From the IMG/VR virus record IMGVR_UViG_3300026549_001681: DNA of 64,000 bases, one strand, 5' to 3'. This stretch comes from an uncultured virus (IMG/VR IMGVR_UViG_3300026549_001681) (Duplodnaviria; Heunggongvirae; Uroviricota; Caudoviricetes). The translations under genes and the position numbers were made by a program. Shown here piece by piece: positions 29,967 through 41,800 of this stretch (the first letter of the stretch is position 1; each line of letters opens with the position of its first letter). The notes under the pieces were generated by a model. That model was not told where the DNA came from, searched no databases, and saw only the letters and a list, made by a program, of their open reading frames with translations.

Positions 29967-30702
29967 AAAACACCTCCGTAGTTCCTGTCGGCTTGCAGAT
30001 CACGATAAACTCGGTATTATATGCGTGCCAATCGCCTTTGTAATTCGTTCCGTATCCGCAAGTGACTATTGCCAAGGTTTCATCGTCATAGGTATCTCCG
30101 TACATAAAGGGCATAATCTCCGCATCTTTTGCATAGATGCACTCGACGATCTCGTACTCGTGTCTTACATAGTCAGGAGTTGTGACATAAACGGTGCCGC
30201 CGATGGAATCCTGCAACTCTTCAAGCCTGTCGAGGTTGTCATCGCCGCCCTGATTCCTGTGTCCCCAAACAGAACAAAGACCGGGCTCGCCGATACCGAC
30301 GGTTCCTTCGAACTTTCCGCAACCGTAGCGGAGTGCAAGGGTAGAGGCACAGTCAAATACGACTTCCTCTACTTCGATGCAGGGTATTTCCAAGAGCCCT
30401 ACGATGGTAAGGCTCTCGTAATCCTCATTGAGAGCGGAAAGGTCCTTAAATATCTTATCGGCCTGAATGACTTCCTGACCGTCCTCACCATCAACGGAAA
30501 GCGCATCAGTCTTTGGTACCGTAACGGTGACTTCACCCTCCTTGAAGAGCTCTATTGCCTTGTCAGAATACCTTCCGCGGATCAGATCCTTGATCGGTTC
30601 TATCAGTATAAATAACACTCCGGCAATGGCAATCACGACAAATAACGCTATGACACCCCGTCTGAGCCACTTAAACGATTTCTTCGTCTTGTGTATCATC
30701 AC
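29959..30702 (-). CDS. Sortase
   Basis: N-terminal TM helix, GLLEIP, L..G.G, GHRN, LAIVTC. Confidence 0.88.
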   Translation of the reverse strand: MMIHKTKKSFKWLRRGVIALFVVIAIAGVLFILIEPIKDLIRGRYSDKAIELFKEGEVTVTVPKTDALSVDGEDGQEVIQADKIFKDLSALNEDYESLTIVGLLEIPCIEVEEVVFDCASTLALRYGCGKFEGTVGIGEPGLCSVWGHRNQGGDDNLDRLEELQDSIGGTVYVTTPDYVRHEYEIVECIYAKDAEIMPFMYGDTYDDETLAIVTCGYGTNYKGDWHAYNTEFIVICKPTGTTEVFYE

Positions 30703-32279
30703 GATATCCTCTGTGCGAGCATCACATCACGGCACTTAAACACGGCACCGGCAAAAACTGACTCGGTAACATAGTCAGACTTGCCGACATCGTTATACCT
30801 GTGATCTCTGACAAATGCTTGGTTTGGTTCATCCGGGCCTGACTTTACAGGTACCTGAATGGCTTTGTAAGGACTCCACGATTCACCGTTGGGACCGCGG
30901 CCTTCATATCTCAGACATTCAGTTATTTTGTCATCTTTTATGGTCAGGACATCATAGTAATCAGGGAAAGCTTTTCTGCAATCCTCCTCTTCATCAACGA
31001 AGCCGTCACGACCGCGTCTTAACTCATAATGGTTATTAACCTTGACAAGTTCGCATTTGCAACTGTAAGAGGCAGAACCGTCATCATTAACACGGCCATG
31101 AGGCTGACAAAGATGCAGGACAGTGTTGTTATTTTCCAGTTCTGCCAGAGAAATAAACGTATGGCCGTTAAGATACATTCCGTGAGGCTTATCGCCGTCA
31201 GCGATCAGTTGTATCTTGCCCGCATCCATCAGCTCGGCAGCCTTTTCTCCGACCAGTCTGTCAAAGATCTTCTGAGGCGGTTCAAGTCCCGGGATCTTGC
31301 CGGAATACAGTTCTGCAAGCACAGTGTCTCTGAGCTGACTGTTTTTGGGATTCGTAAGATATCCGAGAGCTTTTCCATACGGTGCCAATGCAAACTCTGT
31401 AAGCGTCAAAACGAGGTGTTCGGGAGAGATCTTGTCCTTTGTATTATTAAGTCGGATCTTGCCGTCAGCAGTACCATATAGAGTCTGAGTGTCAACGTCA
31501 TAATTGACGCCCCACACAACAGGAGTGTCAAGGACTGCCTTAACTGTTCTTAATCCCGGAAGTTCCAGGACCGCCTTACAAGCAATATAAGGATATATTT
31601 TATTGTCCTCTTCCGTAAAGACTTGGTCTGCTCCTTTATCTTTGCGGATAAAGAAACACTTATCATCAATGGTCTGCTTGTCAAGTCTGTTGGCAATGTC
31701 ATCTACGGCATCATTATTCTGCCTGATGGCGGTCAGGATACGCTCAGCATATTCCTCACTGATCTTTTGAGTCATCAATTCTTCTTTTGACGGTTCGGAC
31801 TGGACATAATAACCGCCGCAAGTGTTTCCAAGCATGGCTTTTGGCCAGATCAATCTGTCAACGAAATTAAGATCAGAAAAAGGTTCAGATAGTTTTGTTT
31901 GATATGCCTTTTTCTTCAGCTCATCAATAGAAACTGCTTCCTGACCTACGATGTAACGTGTTGCACCGGCTATCTCTATGAAGTCATTGTCATCAAACTC
32001 AATATCGCCGTACTCGTCACGCCCATATTCTTCGATATACTCATTCATCTCCGATTCGGTAAGAAAAGGACATTCGGGATCACTTATCATGTCCTTAATA
32101 ACCGTGTCTTCGACGATTTTATCAGAAGGAAAATACAGGGATACCTGTTCTCTCTGGATCTTTGTAGTAATCAGCTTGCCGTCGGCAACACTGAAGAGAA
32201 CAGCTGTTACGGGTTTCACTCTGAATCTGTCAATTTCAGTCGGGTGAAAGTGCATTTTTTTATCAAGTCTTTCGTTCAT
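30699..32279 (-). CDS. Hypothetical protein
   Basis: Long ORF; start MNERLDK after GGAGG. Confidence 0.75.
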   Translation of the reverse strand: MNERLDKKMHFHPTEIDRFRVKPVTAVLFSVADGKLITTKIQREQVSLYFPSDKIVEDTVIKDMISDPECPFLTESEMNEYIEEYGRDEYGDIEFDDNDFIEIAGATRYIVGQEAVSIDELKKKAYQTKLSEPFSDLNFVDRLIWPKAMLGNTCGGYYVQSEPSKEELMTQKISEEYAERILTAIRQNNDAVDDIANRLDKQTIDDKCFFIRKDKGADQVFTEEDNKIYPYIACKAVLELPGLRTVKAVLDTPVVWGVNYDVDTQTLYGTADGKIRLNNTKDKISPEHLVLTLTEFALAPYGKALGYLTNPKNSQLRDTVLAELYSGKIPGLEPPQKIFDRLVGEKAAELMDAGKIQLIADGDKPHGMYLNGHTFISLAELENNNTVLHLCQPHGRVNDDGSASYSCKCELVKVNNHYELRRGRDGFVDEEEDCRKAFPDYYDVLTIKDDKITECLRYEGRGPNGESWSPYKAIQVPVKSGPDEPNQAFVRDHRYNDVGKSDYVTESVFAGAVFKCRDVMLAQRIS

Positions 32280-32302
32280 GGTCTTATCCTCCAAACAGGC
32301 AT

Positions 32303-32411
32303 AAAAAAACCGCAGGGGAGGGAGCACCTCACTCTGCGGAATATGTTAATTTTATTATACCATCATTTCAGAAAATGCAAATAGTTGCACCGAAATCACC
32401 TTATTCGGGAG
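32303..32411 (-). promoter_or_regulatory. Conserved box + promoter + leader terminator, copy 3
   Basis: Box 32392-32411, TTGCAT-15-TATAAT, CCGCAG/CTGCGG hairpin plus T7. Confidence 0.8.
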
Positions 32412-32418
32412 TTTTATG

Positions 32419-32778
32419 TCAATAATCCAATCCGATCAGCTGCGACGGATCTATTTCAGTAATGTTTTCAGGTGTGATGAGTCCTGCCGTCTGTCCCGGA
32501 GAAAGCAGTTCGTCTTCCAGTTCTTTTAATGCCTGAGCTTCGGAAATGTCAGAGACATATTCTCGAAGAAGGATCATACCACCGTCACGGGAAGTACATT
32601 CGCCCGTCTCTTTGTCATAATCATAGAGGTCATAATTGAGATAGTCCACATAACCCAGACGCATATCGGTAGGCAGGAGATTGTCTCCCGTGCCTTCATA
32701 AAGATATACGAGAGCCTGGCCCTCGATACCGGCGATCTTAACGGAAGTATCCAGGGTAAACCACATTTCGGATTTCAT
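32419..32778 (-). CDS. Hypothetical protein
   Basis: GGAGG RBS; EGTGDNLL..D..GYVDY..DGGM motif. Confidence 0.7.
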   Translation of the reverse strand: MKSEMWFTLDTSVKIAGIEGQALVYLYEGTGDNLLPTDMRLGYVDYLNYDLYDYDKETGECTSRDGGMILLREYVSDISEAQALKELEDELLSPGQTAGLITPENITEIDPSQLIGLDY

Positions 32779-32876
32779 AATTATTCCTCCCATGAATTCT
32801 TCATAAACTCAAGAAGCAGCCCCGAAGTGTTACCTCCGAGGCCGCCTATCAGTCTATGAGGACTGTTAGTGAAGAG

Positions 32877-35800
32877 CTATCGCTGTTCTTCAGCGTTTTC
32901 CTTTCTCTTTCTGACATACTGCATTACCGCAATACCGCCGAGAGCGAGAAGGATGAGTGTACCACCGATCGTTACATAAGGCGTATCGGCGAAACCTGTC
33001 ATCGGTCTGAAGTGGATCGTGATCGTCTGATCCTTGTCGTTGATGTCTTCGTGCTTTGCGATGAGAAGGTCAGTAGTCTGAGTACCGGCTGTCTTCTCGG
33101 CCGTTGTAGCAACGTCGAAGATCTTCTCGAATACGACGACTGTGTCACCCTCTGCAAGGCCTTCCGTAGAGAAGGTGATGCTGACATCGACAGAACCGTC
33201 TCTTGCAGTAGGAACAAAGACAACAGATGCTGTTACCGGCTTGCCGTCCTTCATGAGCTGGGTACCGTCACCCTTGTAGAGTGTTGCCTCTGCACGGTAT
33301 TCGCTGCCAACTTCAAGGCCCTTGTAAGTTACGGTATCAACTAAAGTCAGGTCTCTGACTTCTGTGTTTTCGAGCCATACTACTTTCTGGCTGTCAACCG
33401 TAGCAGAAGTGATTGCGACAGGTCTTTCGAATGTCTGCTCCTCGTCTGAAATATCAGCGTGCGTAGCGATCTTGACACCCGAGTTCTTGTCGTAAAGATC
33501 TTCGAATACGACTGCCTTAGTGTAAGTGTAAGGAACGAGTACGTCCTTGAAGATTACATCAACAGAACCGCTTGCAGATGTAGGTGTGAACTCGACAGAT
33601 GCCTTATAGGTCTTACCTTCGGTATCTGTATAGACTGCGCCTGTCTCTGCATTGTAGAGTGTGCCTTCGACAACATAGGTCTTACCCGGAATGAGATTGT
33701 CATAGACGACTTTGTCAACTACAGTAACTCTTTCCTTGTAAGTAAGGGTATGAGTCTTATTGTCATTGTCTGTTGCCGTTGTATGAACATCCGGAACGTG
33801 AACCGTCTGGTCCTCGTCATCGATGTTCGCATGGATAACGAGTGTGATGCCGTTGTAATCCAGCGTCTCGAAAGCAACCAATGTCTTGCCTGCAACGAGA
33901 GTCGTATCGACTACGAATTCGACATCAACATAACCTGTTGCGGAAGAAGGCGTAAACGTCTTGGACACGATAACGGCATTACCGTCTGCGTCCTTGAACG
34001 CTTCGTTTGTCTCCTTGACCATGATCGAACCGTAAACAGTGTACTCAAGACCGGGCTGTATATTGGTGTAGTAAACACGGTCAACGAGAGTTACGTTCTG
34101 AGCGGCTCTTACAAAGTCTTCCGTCTCACCGATCTCAAGATCGAAGAACGATGTCTTGAGTTCAGGAATGTCAACCGTCTGGTCAACATCGTTTATGTCG
34201 TTGTGAGTTGCAACGCTCTTGTCGTTATACTTCAAGTTTTCGAACGCGACGAGCGTATCACCCTTGAGGAGAGAACCGTCAAATGTGAATACGATCTCAA
34301 CAGTTCCACTGGCTGCATCAGGCTTAAATGTCTTGGATGCAGTTACGTTCTTGCCATCCTTATCAAGCAGGCCCTTGCCTGTTGACTTGTCCATGAGCGT
34401 ACCTGTCATAGTGTACTCATAGTCAGGATTGAGATTTGTATAAGCGACTGTATCGACGAGTTCGATCGTAGTCTCCTGTCCTGCGATGTGCTCCTTGGTC
34501 TTTGTATCGACCAATGTTGTATGGATCTCAGGGAAATCAACTGTCTGGTCCTTATCGCTGATATCTGCGTGTGTAGCAACCTTGATGTTGTTATACTTCA
34601 GATCTTCGAAAGCGACGACAGAAGTGCCCTTAAGGATACCCGAGCTGAACTTGAATGTGATGTCAACAGAACCGGATGTTGTTGTCGGTGTGAAGGTTGT
34701 GGAAGCAGTGATGGAAGCACCGTTCGAATCCTTCATTTCCTTTCCGTCCTTGGCATTGACCAGTACACCGGATACAGTGTACTCCTTGCCGGGAAGGAGG
34801 TTGGAATACTTGACAGTATCAACGAGTTCAACTGTTGTCTCGGCAGCAACGTGCTCGCCCGTGACTGTGTCCTTAAGAGTTGTCTTCAGGTCAGGAATAT
34901 AGGCAGTCTGGTCAACATCATTGATGTCAGCATGTACTGCGATGAGAACATTGTTGTGATACATATTCTCGAACGCGACTACTGTAACATCCTTGATGAC
35001 CGTCGTGTCGATTGTGAACTCGACATCAACGGAACCCGAAGATGCGGCTGCGGTAAATGTCTTGGAAACAATATAAGCCTTACCCTGAGCATCAAGGAGT
35101 TCTTTTCCTGTCTTCTTGTCCATCAGAGTACCTGTTACGGTGTACTCTTTGCCTGCAACAAGGTTCTTATAAGATACTGTGTCAACGAGCTTTGCCGTCT
35201 TGTCATAAGCCGAGATGTGTTCCTTGGTCGTATCGTCGATGAAAGTCGTACCGATCTCAGGGACATATACAGCCTGTTCCTTGTCGTTAATGTCAGCGTG
35301 AGAAGCGACCTTAACATTCTTGTAAGTTACCGTCTCATAAGCGACGATGGTTACACCGGCAAGCAGGGTAGAGTCAACCGTGAACTCAACTGCTACCGAT
35401 CCGTTAGACTGTGCAGGAGTAAACTTCTTTGTAGCAGTAATGCCCAAAGATCTGCCGGTGGACTTATTGTAAAGCTCACCGGTTACTGTGTACTCCTTAC
35501 CCGGAATGAGATTGGTGTACTTGACCGTGTCAACGATGATCTCGGAGGTCTTATATCCGACCACCTGATTGCCTGTTGCCTGGTCAATGTTTGTAGTACC
35601 GATCTCGGGGATTTCGACAGTCTGGTCTTCATCATTGATATCCGTATGGATAGCAACTTCCGTTCCGTTATAAGTAACCTTCTCGAAAGCAACTGCCGTT
35701 ACGCCCTTGATTACCGTCGTGTCGATGGTGAACTCGATGTCAACCGTACCGGAAGAAGTTGTAGGTGTGAAATCCTTTGTAGCAGTGATGCCCAAAGACT

Positions 35801-38800
35801 GACCTGTCTTCTTGTTCATCAACTCGCCGGACAGTGTATAAGTCTTGCCCGGAAGGAGATTGGAGTACGATACTGTGTCAACGAGTTTTGCTGTTGCGGC
35901 ATAAGAAGAGATATGCTCACCCGTTGCCGAATCAGTAAGAGTCGTCTTCAGATCAGGAATATAAACAGTCTGGTCAGCATCGCTGATGTCTTCGTGCTTT
36001 GCTACGACCGTACCTGTCGCAGATGCTTCGTGCAGAGTCTCGTAAGCGACCAGCGTTACATCCTTGATGATAGTCGTATCCAAAGTATAAGTTACCTTGA
36101 CTGTACCTGACTGAGGCTTAGGCTGACCGTAAGAGTCGAGTTCGGTAGGAACATCGAACGCCTTGGAGGCCGTTATCTGATTTCCGCTCTTATCGAGAAG
36201 CGGGCTGCCCGTCTTCTTGTCCATGAGAACGCCTGTTACAACATAATGACCGGGAAGGACATTCTTGTAGGTAACAGTATCCTCAAGGGTTGCTGTCTTG
36301 GCACTTGCAGCGACATGATCTGTCGTATTCCTGTCAACCAGCGTCGTTCTGATCTCAGGTGCAACATCATTGTAAACAGCAACAGCGTTAAGCTCTGTAC
36401 CGTTCTCCTTGACTGAGTCATGAACTGTCGGAGTTGCATTTGTCCTGTTGGAAGAATCAAGTCTTACGACCTTGTTTCCGCCGGAAACTGTTGCATTGTT
36501 GATCCAGTGAGTTGTCCAGGAAGAACCCGTATTATTGACCTCGCGGATCTCGTACCAACCTTCAGGGAGCTTTGTCAGGGACGCAGAACCCGTTCCGTTA
36601 GTCGTAGTGATGTTTACTCTTTCAACTAAAGTCGATGTGGAAGAAGCGGTTGCACCGTTTCCTCTGTAATAGACTTCGAATGTGAAAGTCTTTGTTGTGC
36701 CGTCACCCGAACGCTCTGTCTTGATGATATCGAACGAACCTTCGATCCTGACATTCTCCATGTTGGAAGAAAGTGTAGCGAAATCACCCTTTGCGAGAGT
36801 GAAGTCCTGATAGAACTGTAACTGGCCGCCAACTGTTCTTGCAGAATAGCCTGCGGGAGTCTTGTAGGTATAAGGAACCTGTGTGGTCTTATAGTAAGTT
36901 GTTGGGCAGAGCTCAACAACTCTGTACTGACCGACAGGGAGTACAAGCGTGTCGAGACCATTCTCTGTTACATGAGTTCCGTTATAGGTCCATGTGAATC
37001 CGAATGTGCCCACGCCTGTCGTTGCACAAGTACCTTCGGCAACGAGAGTCTCAACATTGCCGGTAACGAGATAGAGCTGTGCCTGGATCGTGGAAGCATC
37101 GCCTGCGACCGTAACAGTCTTTGTCAGGTTGAACTTCTGAACATTGGCACGGTTCTCAACAGAGATCGCTCTGACTTCCTTGTCGGTATTCAAAGTAAGA
37201 TTATAAGAATAAGTATAAGTTGTTCTTGTCTCTGACTTTGTCCAACCGTTAGTGTTCTCTTCTTCGATAAGAATAGACACTGAAGTATTAACGTCTAAGT
37301 AATCCTTGTCCCAGATCTCTTCGATCCTGTAAGAACCGAGAGGGAGATAATTGATTACATTAACGCTTGACTTAGGTGTAACACCGTAGCCCGAGCTGTG
37401 TACTCTGTTCCAAGTAACATTACCGCGACTGTCAACAGTACCGTTTGCAATGAGAGTATCCGTACCGCCGTTAGTATTGTAGAGCTTGAATGTTACCTTG
37501 GTCATGTCAAACGGGTTCTGGTTAGGAACGACCTTGTTGACATTAAGGCCAGCATAATCGTAATCATTGACTACGTCTTCTCTTGTAGTGTCGTTATTGC
37601 TTACCGTAACAGACTTGTAGTAGTAGTCTGTCGCATTGCTCCAAGCAACGCCGCTTGTCTTAGGAACATTGTAAGTATAAGCGATTCCCGTATTACCGTA
37701 AGTTACAGGAATAGAACTCTTGATCTCACGTACCTGATAAGAGATGGGTACCTGAACACCGCTCGCGTTCTGCTCGGAGGCAGGAAGTTCGAGTGAGTAT
37801 GTCGTCGTACCTGTCAGGAGCTTTGTCGTATCAGTATTCTGGTAGTAGTCCTGAACCGTGTAAGTCCAGAGGACTCGACCGTCTGCCTGAGACACACCAG
37901 TCGCGATCTGGACGGGAGTAGCCTGAGAACTCGTGTTATAGAGCTCATACTGGAATCCTGCAAGGTCAGAACGGATGTCTGTGTCATCAAGTGACTTTGT
38001 CAGTGCATAGTATCCGACTTCAGGAAGCTCGGTAAGAGCCAATGTACCATCGGCCAGCTGATTCCAATAGTTCCTGTTACTATATGCAGAATTGTTTTCA
38101 ACTGTACGAGTAACGGTTGTTCCCAGTCTGTATCTTACGATCTGGTCGTTAATCATATATCCGGCAGGAGCCTGGATTTCCTGAATACGGATTGTTCCGT
38201 AAGGATACTCGTACCAGTCAGCAGGCAGACTCTTGAGGTAGTTCGGATCACTTCCTCCGACAGGTGTAAGAGCTCGTAAATCGGAAAGTCCGATCGATGC
38301 CGAACTGCCGGCCAATGTGTACTCGTAGATAACAGTTGCGGTAGCATCGTTATTTCCGCTTGCACCCAAATCCTGAGCATAGTAGGAGATCCTGAACTTT
38401 GCTCCGGCAAGTGTAGCATTATGAACGATGTCTCCGTCCTTATCCACTTTTCTCAAAGCAATATTCAGAGGGTCGTGTCCGGGCGCATCTTTCACATTCA
38501 AATAATACGTATTACCTGATTTAGTGGCACTCGGAGCGGCAGAAGCAGCACCGGAAGCGACAGTAATCGTAACAACACCAGCTGACGAAACATCAACTTT
38601 ATATACAGCTCTGTCTAAGACATAACCCTTACCGGCGGTAATCTCCTTAAGATAATATGTCTTTCCGTACTCAGATGTGTAAGTTGTCGTTGTCTTTCCG
38701 TCAGCACCGACAGTGAATGTTGCGATCCTGTTAGCGTTCGCATTGGCATCTGCCTGTGATTCATACAAACCATACGAAGTGCCTGCGAGTGAGTAGCAGG

Positions 38801-41800
38801 AGTTCGAATTTGTAATGGCAGGATTTGTCGAAGCCTTCGTAAGACTGATATCGACATTCGAAACGTCATTTGTAACCGTCAGAGCAGTACCCGTCGTGCC
38901 GGCCGTGAAATTCTGGTAGAAGTAACTTGCCGCCTTTGTCCAGCCTGACGGAGTATCGAGTGCACCGCCGTTTACGGTCGTCATCGTAGTTTCTCTTACC
39001 TGATAGTTATGACCGGGGATCAGGTCGAGTGTCGTGTTGTCATTATTGTAAAGGTGATAACCGGCGCTCTCGTTGACGTTGGCCCATACTACCGCGATAG
39101 AAGAAGAACCCGTCGCATTAGCAGGAACAGCTGCGGTACCCGTTGCGACTCTCGTATTACTTGCAGAAGTATCATAAACTTCGAAGTTATATGTCTGGCC
39201 CTTGAGAAGGTCTGCATGTGTTGCAGTGATCTTCTTGGTAAGACGGAATGTCGCATTGTCAACCGAGTTCGTTGCCGTAAATGTGTACGGTGTCGTGAAG
39301 CTCGAAGCAGTGAAGCGGTAATAGAAGTAGCCGTTTCCTGCGGTCATACCTGACGGAGTCTTAAGGGCTCTGCCACCAATGGTCTCAGTTGTTTCACGCA
39401 ATTCGTATGTCACACCGAGAGGCAGATAGAGTGTCTTCTTGTCAGCAGAGACCTGATATGTACTTCCGACATTTGACCAGGTAACATCAACTGTTCCTGA
39501 TGTGTAACCAGAAGAGATCACTGCACTACCATCTGCAACCTTTGAACCGCTCGTGGTATACAAACCGAATGTATAAGTATGGTTTGTAAGGTTCTTCAAG
39601 TCATCAGAAGAGATCTGCTTCTTTGCGGAGAACTGTGCAAGGTGAGTGACCCCAGCATTACCACGCGTTACAACCTGGTAATCTGTATTGTAAATATATC
39701 TCTGTTCTGCATTTGACCATTCGCCGCTTGCTGCATAAGAACAGCACTGGTACCATTCGCACCACCAATCAGAAAGAATAACACCGGGGATAGTCGTTGT
39801 ACCCTGGCGAACACCGAGTACATAATTGTAATACGAATCAAGAAGCGACTGGAAATTGCTTGAGATTCCGCTTGGCCATGAATCACCATAAGCCCTACAA
39901 ACAAGCAAGTGCGTGATGACATACATAGCCTGCTTCATCTGAGTGCTGTTGTTTTTAACGGAAGAAGGGATTACATTGCCGGTGTCATGAGTTTTCCACC
40001 AGTCAACGCCGTACGAATACAACTCTCCGGCAGGACCAAACGCACAAGCAGCCTGCGTTCCGCGAACCCAAGAAACGTTAGGACTATCCGTAAACGGTTT
40101 TGCGTTGTTGTCGTCATCATCGTCCCAGTCGATCTTTCCGTATTCGTTATAATGCCTGCCATACTGGTCTACGCTTTGTTCAGGAACCATCTTGGCCGAT
40201 TCGACGCAATACAGGGTATCACCATCGATAGTTGTATTATTCTCTTCGGACAAATAAGCGTTATAGCCAGTGCTGGTTGTAAGATTACCGCCAAACAAGT
40301 CAGGGATATAAAATGCGTCAGGTTCATATACATTGATATATTCCGAATTTACTGGATAGTCTGTAATGAATACGAACTCGTCGTCCTCAGCTCTTCCAAT
40401 GAGAAAATGCTCAAATGACTCATGTACTTCGGGATATGTGTCAGGGAGCATATCGACTCTGCCGTCAATGATAACACCTAAAGCGATAGCAGTAGCAGCA
40501 GAAGTTGAGTCTGCCATGACATAATACTCAACGCAATCACCATAGTTGGAGTATGAACTAAGGAGACAGTTCTCATCAAGAGCACCGACAGTGATAACGC
40601 CGTCAATTCCCGCAGGCAGATACCTTGAAGCATTTGCACCGTTATTACCGGCAGCGGCAACAACCTGGGCATTTGTATTCGCGATAAGCGTCTTAAAAGC
40701 ATCATACAGGCCGTTATCACGGATAGATATAGCCATGAGGATATAATCGACACCGAGTTCTTCTGCAAGCTGTACTGCTGCATATACATCGGTCATATTG
40801 CCTCGACCATCATCGCCGAGAGCCTTGATGGAGATGATATACGCATCGTCAGTCTCGTTAAGGACATAAGCAGACATCGCAGTACCGTGACCATTATGGT
40901 CTGCTACATCATCACCGATAACAGAGTAAGACTCATTGGCAAGATTAGAACCTGTATCAATAACAGCTACTCTGACCTTAGCGTCAGGATTGATCTGAGC
41001 ATCAATGACATCGTCACCGTCACCGCAGACGCCAAGCACACCTTCAACTGCATACTCATATCCGTTCGTGTCGCAGAAATAAACTGCGGAAGCTGCTGTG
41101 TCAGCGTCGTCAAAAACGAGGATATATGTTCCGTCGTAATAAACACCGGCAGCACACTTAAGAGAAGAGAGGTCAACGGTTGTGTCTACAATAATTCTCT
41201 GATAACCCTCGGGCAGTTCGGAAACGAGCTTGAAATACTCATCGGCAGAAGTCGCTGTAACAATGTTACATACTGTTTCTTCCACCGGCTGTTGTGTCTC
41301 TGTTGTGCCGGTTGTGGGTTCCGTCACAGACTCGGTTGGCTCAACAGTTGTGTCAGTTGCAGAAGTCTCAGAAGGCTCTGTTTCAGTGGGAACAGTCTCG
41401 TCTGAAGGCTCCACAACAGTTGCGTCTGTTGTTGTGTCTGTCTGTGTTGTTTCCTCTGTGGAAGTCTCAACAGTTGTCTCTGTCGTGTCATCCGCAGGGG
41501 GAGCAGTTGTGTCGATGTCATCCGACGGATCGGGAACATCGATGTCATCGTTCTCTACGATAACGGGTTCTTCGATCGCGTACTCTGAATAATCAGGCAG
41601 AGTGATCTCAGTAGGCAAAACAGCCTCATCAACATCAGTCTCGATAGGATCTGACGTTGTGGTCTCGATAATCTCTTCGTTCTGACCGTCATCAGCTGCG
41701 AAAACAGCGATCTCGGGTGCAAGAGGAGAGAGGACTACCGAGAAGGCTATGACTGAAGATACAACGCGTCTTACGACATTGCTTCTAATAACAGTCTTGC

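Noticed and set aside
33010..36360. CRISPR or other nucleotide repeat array
   Set aside because: Repeats are diverged in-frame VaFE protein domains with no spacers or cas genes
32856..41592. Long plus-strand ORFs such as 34488..36110
   Set aside because: Antisense shadows of the adhesin and other minus-strand genes, with no motifs or RBS
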